Part shown: in pieces, positions 1 through 8,045 of the stretch
How the letters are laid out: every line of letters begins with the position of its first letter
Position numbering within the stretch: position 1 is the first letter of the stretch
Source: Candidatus Levybacteria bacterium CG2_30_37_29
GTDB taxonomy: Bacteria > Patescibacteriota > Microgenomatia > Levybacterales > GWA1-39-11
Length of the DNA stretch: 64,000 nucleotides
NCBI GenBank assembly: GCA_001873215.1
Contig: MNYS01000005.1
Location: 1,367-65,366, forward strand
Reading direction: 5' to 3'
Notes under the pieces: model-generated
What the model was told of the DNA's origin: nothing
The model's input: only the letters and a program-made list of their open reading frames with translations
Databases searched by the model: none
Translations under genes and position numbers: made by a program

Positions 1-797
1 GTTCATCATAGTTTTGTGGTGGCATTTCAAGTCTATACAAAAACTCATCTTGATCTGTACGAAATGACCGTTCAATAACAGCATTTTCATTTGGTGTCCG
101 TTTATGGATATAGTGGTACTCCATACCAAGCCCTTTTACAAAAGTCCTAAATCTTGTTTGGAATTCAAGCCCGTTATCTGTTTGAAGAAACAGTGACTTA
201 AAGGGAAGTTTTGGAATGATTTCAAGAAGGGAGGCTATTGCTCCGTCTTCATCGAGGTGGTTTAAAATGACTACTTCTTTATACCGTGAATAAATATCAA
301 TCACAGCATACTCAAAACATGTCCAGGGAAGACCGGTTAGCTCCGGAGTTAGGTATTTTACATCCATCTGAAGATACCCTACGGTATGAGTATTTTTTAC
401 ATGCATATGTATCGTGTTTTGGAATCTTGGTCTTCTATAGTATGAGTATTTCTCAACAAGATTATACCGCTTCAGTGTTCTATGAATTGTACGCGAGCAA
501 ACAACAAGCGCCAAAATCTTTTTAATCTTTTCAGCAGTATATTTCTTTCTTATCCGAATGGCTACGATATTCTGTTCTTGTTGAGTTGTGAGCTTTTTCT
601 GTACTAGATGTGGTCGTGTGGATTTTCTATATAATCTTCTTTCTGACAATCCAAACCCACCTTGATGAATTGATTTTGAACGCCTAATCCACCGATATAC
701 CGTTACACGATTGACTCCTAGAAGATAATGCGGTTTTTGAAACCGAATAGTTATTCTTCTTGAGTGTTCTAATTATTATATTTGGTTTTACCCTCAT
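1..797 (-). mobile_element. IS481-family (rve/DDE integrase-core) transposase gene, 3' part runs off the window; N-terminal HTH in one frame, body in +1 frame (frameshift near 720-727), so pseudogene or sequencing error
   Basis: Manual minus-strand translation gives 'YSVSKTAL' then (shifted) 'LGVNRVTVYRWIRR…HTVGYLQMDVKYL…FLQTDNGLEF…IHKRTPNENAVIERSFRTDQDEF', an rve DDE core; ATG at 797; continues past position 1. Confidence 0.75.
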
Positions 798-942
798 ATC
801 TACAGTGTATCAACACTGTTGCATATGTGGTGTCAGAACAAGGTCATATTGACAAGTGTAATATTTAGATATATAATTCAGTTACTCTTGATTCGAAAGT
901 TTCAAGGGTAGAAAGACTAGCAATAGTTTTTCGGCAGGAAAG

Positions 943-961
943 CCCCGCAAGGGGTTTTTTT
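943..961 (+). terminator. Rho-independent terminator-like hairpin (CCCC-GCAA-GGGG) followed by T7
   Basis: Stem 943-946/951-954, T-run 955-961; lies between IS end and stop of 974..2542. Confidence 0.5.
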
Positions 962-973
962 GCGGCAATTTTT

Positions 974-2542
974 TTACTCATCCGTGTATCCGGGAAAAAA
1001 ATCTTTCACTATCATTCTACCAGAAACATTTGTTTCTTTAAGCATTTTAACAATTCCCTGCACCATAAGCTGTGGGCCTGAAATGTAAAATTTGCGTGAA
1101 ACAAAATCCGGGACTACAGATTTAACCATGTCCGCCGTAAGACGTCCATACATCCAATTCCGTCCATTAGTAAGTCTTGAATCTCTTGTTAGAACATGAA
1201 TTGTTCTTACACCAAATTTTTCCGAACTAGACAGAATATCATCATAAAGAATGTCACTTTTTGTACTATTTATGTAAATCATAACAATATTAACTGTAAT
1301 TTGTTTGTCGATTATATATTTTAACATCGACCTAAAAGGCGTAATCCCAACTCCTCCTGCTATAAAAACAAGAGGCAAACAGATATCTTTAGGTAAAACA
1401 AAATCGCCAGCAAGCTGAGATGCAAAAATTTTTTCTCCTTTTTTCATTTTTAAAAAATTTTTTTTATAAGAACTTGAAGTGTTGTAAAATTTTACTGCAA
1501 TCATTATGTTTTGCTCTGTTGGAGATGAAGCAAGACTAAAATAACGTCTATTTCCACGCGAGTCCGTACTAATGTGCGAAAGAGTCCATTCCATATATTG
1601 ACCAGAAACGAAATTGAAGTATTTCGGAAAATTAAAAATGAATGCATATGTATTGCGTGAAAGCTTAAACTTATCTTTTAGAGTTAGCAAAAGTCTATAA
1701 TTAGGATTTATAAAATATGTCAGAATGTTTCCAAAAATAATGGCCTGCTCGGGCGTTACCGCAACAGCAAAAATTGACAAGTGGAAATTTGAGTAAAGAA
1801 ACGCAACAAATATGGCATAGCATATTTGAAGTTTTTTTGTTACCGGCGTCGTTAATGGCTCAACCAACATAACAAATGCAAAAAAAAGTGTTACTGATTT
1901 AAGAAAAATAAATTGAAAGGATGTAAAAAAAGTTGGCAAGCTTGCTGTTCGTAAAATTGTAGTAGGAATTATAAAGAATAGATAAGCTGTTATAAAACTC
2001 AAAACCATAGCTTCCTTTCGTAATTTTCTTGTAAGCAGGAGGCCTCCAAGAAGTACAAAAGGTGCCATAAACGGCGTACCAACCCACCAAACTGCGGCGT
2101 GGTCCGGCGACAAAAGCGCAACAGCCGCAACCCCCAATGCAGCAGGATTGAAAATATGACGTTTTTCGATCGTTAAAAAATATTTTGAAGCCATAGCAAG
2201 AACAGGCGCAACGATCAAAAATGGAGCATTCGTTGCGAAGTTACAAGAAATAATAAATACCAAAATAAGAGCCGTTATAAAAACCGACTCAAAGTTTGTA
2301 GTCAAACCGGAGAGTTTTGCAAAGAAATAATTTGATATGAATGAAAAAAAAATTATTGTTGCCGTACTCAATACAAAATCAAGTGGACCAAAAGGAATAA
2401 ATTTTAAAAATGTTCCTACAAAAGCTACCAATAAAAGAAAAATTAAATAGTAAAGTGTAAAGCGGTACGTTGTGATAGAGTTAAGAATCCTGTCTGTTGG
2501 ATTTAGTAAATACTTAATAAACATAGCCTGAAATAAGTACAA
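974..2542 (-). CDS. Membrane oxidoreductase: RnfD/NqrB-like polytopic N-terminal domain fused to FNR-like FAD/NAD(P)-binding reductase domain
   Basis: N-half many TM helices with 'HIFNPAALGVAAVALL' (RnfD/NqrB-like NPA motif); C-half 'RRYFSLASSP' (RxYS FAD motif) and 'GGVGITPF' (GGxGxxP NAD(P) motif). Confidence 0.6.
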   Translation of the reverse strand: MYLFQAMFIKYLLNPTDRILNSITTYRFTLYYLIFLLLVAFVGTFLKFIPFGPLDFVLSTATIIFFSFISNYFFAKLSGLTTNFESVFITALILVFIISCNFATNAPFLIVAPVLAMASKYFLTIEKRHIFNPAALGVAAVALLSPDHAAVWWVGTPFMAPFVLLGGLLLTRKLRKEAMVLSFITAYLFFIIPTTILRTASLPTFFTSFQFIFLKSVTLFFAFVMLVEPLTTPVTKKLQICYAIFVAFLYSNFHLSIFAVAVTPEQAIIFGNILTYFINPNYRLLLTLKDKFKLSRNTYAFIFNFPKYFNFVSGQYMEWTLSHISTDSRGNRRYFSLASSPTEQNIMIAVKFYNTSSSYKKNFLKMKKGEKIFASQLAGDFVLPKDICLPLVFIAGGVGITPFRSMLKYIIDKQITVNIVMIYINSTKSDILYDDILSSSEKFGVRTIHVLTRDSRLTNGRNWMYGRLTADMVKSVVPDFVSRKFYISGPQLMVQGIVKMLKETNVSGRMIVKDFFPGYTDE

Positions 2543-2631
2543 TGACTAACTTGGTACTTAACATAAATAGTATATCAAAATTCCTGTATTGCCCCTTTAT
2601 TATTTCAAGAATTCGGTATTATAATAACTTG

Positions 2632-3285
2632 ATGCAAAGAAATGTATTAATTGGAATAGGACTAATAATTGTATTACTGTTAGGCGGTGCATATTTTCTT
2701 CTAGGCAAATCAAAAACTACACCAGATCCTCTAACTGCAAACCAGGCAAATAATGAAGCGGTAAGTGAAAAAACAAGTTTCAGGGATCTTTTGGCAGGAA
2801 ATAGAAATGTAACCTGCACAACTACTTATCCGACAGTCGAAAACACCAGCACAAACGGAACCATTTTTGTCTCAGGCAAAAGAATGAGGGGGGACTTTAA
2901 CGTAACGGTAAACGGTAAAAATACGTTGAGCTATATGATTCAGGACGGAACATATGTCTATGTGTGGACATCTGATTCAACCCAAGGGACAAAAATGAAA
3001 GCTGACGCAGTCGAAAAAGCTACCGGTGAAAATACTCAAAATGCAAACCAAAATTTTGATGTTAATAAAGAAGTGGATGTTAAATGTTCCAATTGGAGCG
3101 TTGATGAAAGTAAATTTACTCCCCCGGCAAACGTAACGTTTACAGATCTTAGTCAAATACTGCAAAAACTTCCAACATCTGCTGCTAAAAAAAGCGGTGG
3201 GAATACACAAGTGCCTTCATCGGCTTGTGATAGCATTACATATTCTCAGGCAAAAGAAGCATGTATTAAAGCTCTAAACCCCTAA
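2632..3285 (+). CDS. Hypothetical secreted/surface protein with N-terminal signal anchor, Asn/Thr-rich, 4 Cys
   Basis: ORF 2542..3285; likely start ATG 2632 (MQRNVLIGIGLIIVLLLGG TM segment). Confidence 0.5.
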   Translation: MQRNVLIGIGLIIVLLLGGAYFLLGKSKTTPDPLTANQANNEAVSEKTSFRDLLAGNRNVTCTTTYPTVENTSTNGTIFVSGKRMRGDFNVTVNGKNTLSYMIQDGTYVYVWTSDSTQGTKMKADAVEKATGENTQNANQNFDVNKEVDVKCSNWSVDESKFTPPANVTFTDLSQILQKLPTSAAKKSGGNTQVPSSACDSITYSQAKEACIKALNP

Positions 3286-3440
3286 TTATTTCTGCTTCTT
3301 TGGTTTTTTCTTCTCTCTTTTTTTATGGGTGTGTTTTTCAGCCATATAATTTATTGTAACTCTTTTTATAATATATGCAATATTTAAAATTTCAGGGTAT
3401 TGCATTGAATAAAAAATAATGCTACGTTAAATATAGTGTC

Positions 3441-3992
3441 ATGAAAAGTACTGCCAATATTGCCGAGCCTTATTTCTTGCGATTTGTTTTTACAGACACA
3501 AAACTGTCTTTTCTTTGGCTTCTTTTAAGACTCTGGGTCGGATGGGAATGGACTGTTGCAGGATGGGCAAAAGTAGTAAATCCTGTATGGGTGGGGCCAA
3601 AAGCAGGAGTAGCTGTTGAAGGGTTTCTTAACGGTGCCCTATTAAAAACATCGGGCACGCACCCTGATGTTTCGGGATGGTACGCAGCATTTATAAATAA
3701 TTTTGCTCTCCCAAACAGTATCTTATTTTCATATTTAGTTGCTTTCGGAGAACTTTTAGTAGGTGTGGCTCTTATTTTGGGAATTTTTACTGGAATTTCT
3801 GCCTTTTTCGGAGCTTTTATGAATATTAATTATTTATTTGCCGGAACCGTAAGCACCAACCCCTTATTATTTTTGCTGCAGGTATTTCTTATGCTTGCGT
3901 GGAGGGTAGCCGGATTTTGGGGTCTTGACCGCTATCTACTTCCCTATTTGGGTACTTCACAGTCAAAAGGAAAATCTTCTCGTAAGAGGTAA
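3441..3992 (+). CDS. DoxX-family membrane protein
   Basis: 4 TM, 'LLRLWVGWEWTVAGWAKV' DoxX-like N-terminus. Confidence 0.55.
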   Translation: MKSTANIAEPYFLRFVFTDTKLSFLWLLLRLWVGWEWTVAGWAKVVNPVWVGPKAGVAVEGFLNGALLKTSGTHPDVSGWYAAFINNFALPNSILFSYLVAFGELLVGVALILGIFTGISAFFGAFMNINYLFAGTVSTNPLLFLLQVFLMLAWRVAGFWGLDRYLLPYLGTSQSKGKSSRKR

Positions 3993-3994
3993 TT

Positions 3995-5647
3995 TTACCA
4001 ATGCTCTCTTATATGATCCATAGCGTAACCTAATGTACCTCCTACTTTTTTTCTGGGGTTAAAAATATTTTGCGGATCAAAAATTTCTTTTGTCTTTTTA
4101 AACAATTTACAAATATCTTCTCCGTACATTTTTTCTAAATATGGAGTTCTTATAAGCCCATCGTTATGTTCCCCCGTAATAGATCCTCCGTATTTAATTA
4201 TAAGATCATAGACTTCTTTTGCAATTTCGGGAATGGCGTTTCTAACACTTTTTTTTGTGATATCTACAAGCGGAATTATATGAAAATTCCCATCACCCAC
4301 GTGTCCTGCTACCGTAAAAATGAAGCCTTTATGCCGTTTTATAATAGACGTAACTTGGGGAATTACCTCACTAATATATTCAGGCTTTATTACAAAATCA
4401 TCAATAAAAGGAGCTGTATGCTTGTCTTTAATTTTTTTTCTTAAAAGATTAAAACTTTCACGCCTTATAAGCCAATACTTTTGCTCTTGATTTTCAATTG
4501 CTATTTTTGTTTTGGGATGAAACGGCGCTAGTTTTTCCTTCAGTGTTTGTATTTTTTGCTTTAACTCCTCAGGATCATTTCCCGTAAAATCAACCTGCAG
4601 AACTAATTTCGGCAAGCCCCCGTGTGCAACCATCAGCAACTCAGGAAGAAAAGCTATTCCGCTTCCGATAAAGCCTTTTGCTCCTAATTGTTTTGCAAAT
4701 TCAGGAAAATATTTCAGGGCAAGCTTCAAAGTGTTATCATCGTATGATTCAAAACTCTCAGGCTTAAGGGGTAATACCGCATTTATAACGTCCCCAAGAT
4801 GAGATAAGTCATGCAGAAAAATTATCATCATTTCCCTGTGCATATACATGGGAACAAGCTCTATTTCAGCTTCTAAAAGTAAACCTAGAGTGCCCTGAGA
4901 CCCTACCCAAAGTTTTGACAGATCAAAATCTCCCGTTTCTTTATTGTAAACATTCCAAAGATAAAACCCTGCCGAATTCTTTGTAACCTTCGGTTTTGCA
5001 GCCATAATTTGCTCATAATTTTTATCTATTAAATTAAACATTTTTTTATAAATCTCTCCTTCCATATCGTCCTGCTTCATTTTTTTATCAAGAACAGATT
5101 TTGAAATTTTATGAAATGAATATATATTCCCATCGCTTAAGACAACTTTAACTTTTTTTACATATCGCTCTGTTTTTCCGTAAAAAAGTGATTTTTCTCC
5201 TCCCGAATTGTTATTTATAATTCCTCCCATTGCTACCAGTTCCCGGGACGCCGGGTAAGACGGAAATAACAAACCCTGTCTTATTGTTTCTTTTTCAAAA
5301 TCCCTGTAAAAGACGCCTGGTTGAGTAGTCGCAATATTTCCGTTTATTGTAGGAATTTTATTGAAATATTTTGTGAACGAAACAATAATCGAATCATTAA
5401 TTGCCCCGCCGCCCATATCTGTTCCGGCAGAACGCGCCGTAAGAGAAAGATGAGGATATTCCTTTTTTTTAGCAGCAACAAATGAAACAAGCGCCTCAAC
5501 ATCTTTATCAGTTTTCGGAAATACAACAGCCTGCGGCTTTATTTCAAATAAAGACGCGTCATGGCTGTATTCCAAAAGAGTTGTTGGATCGGTTACGACA
5601 TCCCCTTCGATAATTTTTATCAATTCATCCAATAAATCCTGTTCCAT
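3995..5647 (-). CDS. FAD-linked oxidase (GlcD / D-lactate dehydrogenase family, FAD-binding PCMH domain)
   Basis: N-terminal FAD-binding domain motifs ('ARSAGTDMGGG', 'GGIINNNSGG'), C-terminal FAD-oxidase_C-like region 'GHVGDGNFH'. Confidence 0.75.
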   Translation of the reverse strand: MEQDLLDELIKIIEGDVVTDPTTLLEYSHDASLFEIKPQAVVFPKTDKDVEALVSFVAAKKKEYPHLSLTARSAGTDMGGGAINDSIIVSFTKYFNKIPTINGNIATTQPGVFYRDFEKETIRQGLLFPSYPASRELVAMGGIINNNSGGEKSLFYGKTERYVKKVKVVLSDGNIYSFHKISKSVLDKKMKQDDMEGEIYKKMFNLIDKNYEQIMAAKPKVTKNSAGFYLWNVYNKETGDFDLSKLWVGSQGTLGLLLEAEIELVPMYMHREMMIIFLHDLSHLGDVINAVLPLKPESFESYDDNTLKLALKYFPEFAKQLGAKGFIGSGIAFLPELLMVAHGGLPKLVLQVDFTGNDPEELKQKIQTLKEKLAPFHPKTKIAIENQEQKYWLIRRESFNLLRKKIKDKHTAPFIDDFVIKPEYISEVIPQVTSIIKRHKGFIFTVAGHVGDGNFHIIPLVDITKKSVRNAIPEIAKEVYDLIIKYGGSITGEHNDGLIRTPYLEKMYGEDICKLFKKTKEIFDPQNIFNPRKKVGGTLGYAMDHIREHW

Positions 5648-5756
5648 AAAAAGGCTTAACTACATCATGACAAAAAATGAGGTTACATATCAAGTACCTT
5701 TTATAATTACATTTGATATAACAAGTAATATAGGATATAATTACCAGCTCCCTATG

Positions 5757-5785
5757 TTGATTGGGGGGGCTAGGTCTGATACGAT
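5757..5785 (+). promoter_or_regulatory. σ70-like promoter TTGATT-17-TACGAT, -10 ends 9 nt before ATG 5795 (leaderless-type)
   Basis: -35 5757-5762, -10 5780-5785; no SD before ATG. Confidence 0.4.
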
Positions 5786-5794
5786 ATTGGCAAT

Positions 5795-6715
5795 ATGAAT
5801 ATCCAAAAAATTGTTGTAATTTTTTTTGTAACTTTATTTTTCGCTACATTTTTAAATAGCGAAGCCTATGCTCAAATGCAAAACCCTTTTGTAGATCTTA
5901 TACCGCAGGAAATCGCAACTCAAAACGCTCAGACGGCAAGCACATCAGCAGAATTTTCAGACATAAAAAAATCAGATGTTACAAAGCCTGAGGGAGAAAC
6001 GGAGAAAAAAGAAGTTTTTACTCTTTTTAATAGAAGGCCGGAGAAAAACCCAAACTTTATTAACTTTATCGCCTATTCTGTGCAATTTGCAGTAAGAACC
6101 GGTGTGCCTGCAAACACTGTTCTTCTTATTCTTCTTATGCCTCTTCTTGCAACAATTATTGTATTTTTTAGACACGTTGTAGGACTTCCAAGCCTTGATA
6201 TGCTTGTGCCTATTGCTCTATCAATTACTCTTTTGGCAACAGGAATCGGGCCCGGAATCGTTCTTCTTGCAATTATTGTTATAGCATCAACCCTTGCAAG
6301 ACTTATTCTTAAAAAAGTCAGGATAATGCAGCTTCCAAAACTTGCTCTTTCGGTTCTTATTGTTGCAATATCCGTTTTTGCTTTTTTAACACTAAGTACC
6401 GCAGCGGGGCTTTTGAATGTTTCGGGTATTTCTATATTTCCGATACTTTTACTTATTATTCTCTCTGAACGAATTATTTCACTTCAGCTTGAAAGAACTA
6501 TAAATGAAACTTTTTCAATTACTGCTGTAACGCTCTCACTTGGAATTGTCGGATATTTTCTTTTATCTTCGGATATTCTACGAAAAATAGTTCTTTTATA
6601 TCCCGAAGTGATTCTTATCCTTATTCCTATTAATGTTATTATCGGACGTTATTTTGGCCTGAGAGTTACGGAATATTTTAGGTTTTCAAAAACTTTAAAA
6701 CATGACAGTCACTAG
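5795..6715 (+). CDS. Signal peptide + 7-TM membrane protein (7TM type usually found fused to inactive transglutaminase, associated with RimK-like ATP-grasp systems)
   Basis: Cleavable-looking N-terminus, ~90 aa extracellular segment, then 7 hydrophobic helices; overlaps next gene by 14 nt. Confidence 0.5.
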   Translation: MNIQKIVVIFFVTLFFATFLNSEAYAQMQNPFVDLIPQEIATQNAQTASTSAEFSDIKKSDVTKPEGETEKKEVFTLFNRRPEKNPNFINFIAYSVQFAVRTGVPANTVLLILLMPLLATIIVFFRHVVGLPSLDMLVPIALSITLLATGIGPGIVLLAIIVIASTLARLILKKVRIMQLPKLALSVLIVAISVFAFLTLSTAAGLLNVSGISIFPILLLIILSERIISLQLERTINETFSITAVTLSLGIVGYFLLSSDILRKIVLLYPEVILILIPINVIIGRYFGLRVTEYFRFSKTLKHDSH

Positions 6716-7985
6716 AAATATTTTGGGCATGAACGCCCGTAATTTTCTTTACATTAGGCCATATAACCCGGCCGTTGCAAAACGCATTGCCGATGATAAG
6801 CTTGCAACTAAAAAAATTCTTTTGGAAAATAATCTTCCCACCCCTCAACTTCTTGCAGCGTTTGAGACGCGGGATGATATCAGAAATTTTGACTGGGCAA
6901 GTCTTCCGGAATCAGGTTTTGCAATAAAACCTGCACGTGGATACGGCGGTTTGGGAATACTTGTTATGAAAAGGTGGGAGAAAACGACAGGAAGAACAAT
7001 TAATGATGAGGTGAAAGAAAAAAAGTCACTTGAATCATACATTCTTGACATACAGGAAGGGGCATATTCTTTACAATTTCTGCCGGATGCTGCTTTTATA
7101 GAAGAAAGAATTATAAGACATTCATTTTTTAAAAAACTTGCGGCGATTGGAATTCCGGATATACGCGTAATTGTTTTTAATAGAATTCCTGTCATGGCCA
7201 TGATGCGTCTTCCTACTGCCGAAAGTCATGGAAAAGCCAATATTCATCAAGGTGCAATCGCTTTTGGAATAGACATGCGCTCAGGAGTTACAACCAGCGC
7301 AATTCATAAAAATAAAACAATAACAAGAATTCCCGGTACAAAAATTAAAATTTCCGGTATAAAAATTCCGGAGTGGGAAAATATTTTGCTTCTTGCTACA
7401 AAGGCGCAAAGTGTTTCGGGACTCGGATACGCCGGAATAGACATTGTTCTGGACGAAAATAAGGGACCGCTTATTCTTGAGATAAACGCAAGACCCGGAT
7501 TGGCAATACAAAAAGCGAATAGAGCCTCTTTAAGAACACGCCTTGAAAGAGTTGAAAATATGGATTTGCCGACACCTGAAAGAGGAGTTGAAGTATCAAA
7601 GTCTCTTTTTGCTGAGAGTTTTTCTGAGAAAGTTACAGCTAAAACGAATATTATTACGGTTATCCAACCGATTACAATAAGATTTAAAGGGGGAACAAAA
7701 GATGTATTGGCAAAAATAGACACGGGAGCATACAGAACATCAATTGACAATGTTCTTGCACAAGAACTTTCGCTTATTCCGAACGATGAAAAAGTATATG
7801 TCAAATCGGCAAGCGGAAACGGATCACGTGACACCGTTGACTTCTCGTATATTCTTGCAGGTAAAAAAATAACAACTATCGCATCTCTTGCAAACAGATC
7901 TCACATGCGCTACCGCGTAATCATTGGAAGGCTTGATTTAAAGGGGTTTCTGATAACGCCTGAGCTTCACCCGACACAAAATTAG
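6702..7985 (+). CDS. ATP-grasp amidoligase (alpha-L-glutamate-ligase-like, RimK-related) fused to C-terminal retropepsin-like 'putative ATP-dependent Zn protease' domain
   Basis: N-terminus 'ILGMNARNFLYIRPYNP…ADDKLATKKIL' typical of alpha-L-glutamate ligase-related proteins; ATP-grasp core; C-terminus 'KIDTGAYRTSID' retropepsin-like. Confidence 0.7.
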   Translation: MTVTRNILGMNARNFLYIRPYNPAVAKRIADDKLATKKILLENNLPTPQLLAAFETRDDIRNFDWASLPESGFAIKPARGYGGLGILVMKRWEKTTGRTINDEVKEKKSLESYILDIQEGAYSLQFLPDAAFIEERIIRHSFFKKLAAIGIPDIRVIVFNRIPVMAMMRLPTAESHGKANIHQGAIAFGIDMRSGVTTSAIHKNKTITRIPGTKIKISGIKIPEWENILLLATKAQSVSGLGYAGIDIVLDENKGPLILEINARPGLAIQKANRASLRTRLERVENMDLPTPERGVEVSKSLFAESFSEKVTAKTNIITVIQPITIRFKGGTKDVLAKIDTGAYRTSIDNVLAQELSLIPNDEKVYVKSASGNGSRDTVDFSYILAGKKITTIASLANRSHMRYRVIIGRLDLKGFLITPELHPTQN

Positions 7986-8011
7986 CATCATGTGATATAA
8001 TAAGTACGCAT

Positions 8012-8040
8012 GACACGGGTAAGTCTCGTGTCTTTTTTTT
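8012..8040 (+). terminator. Intrinsic terminator GACACG-(9 nt loop)-CGTGTC + T8
   Basis: Stem 8012-8017/8027-8032, T-run 8033-8040; preceded by extended -10 TGaTATAAT (7993-8001). Confidence 0.6.
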
Positions 8041-8045
8041 AAATT

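Noticed and set aside
286-525. 79-aa + strand ORF
   Set aside because: Lies antisense within the IS481-type transposase coding region; composition and sequence look non-coding.
7304-7834. 176-aa minus-strand ORF
   Set aside because: Fully inside and antisense to the well-supported ATP-grasp gene; no recognisable features.
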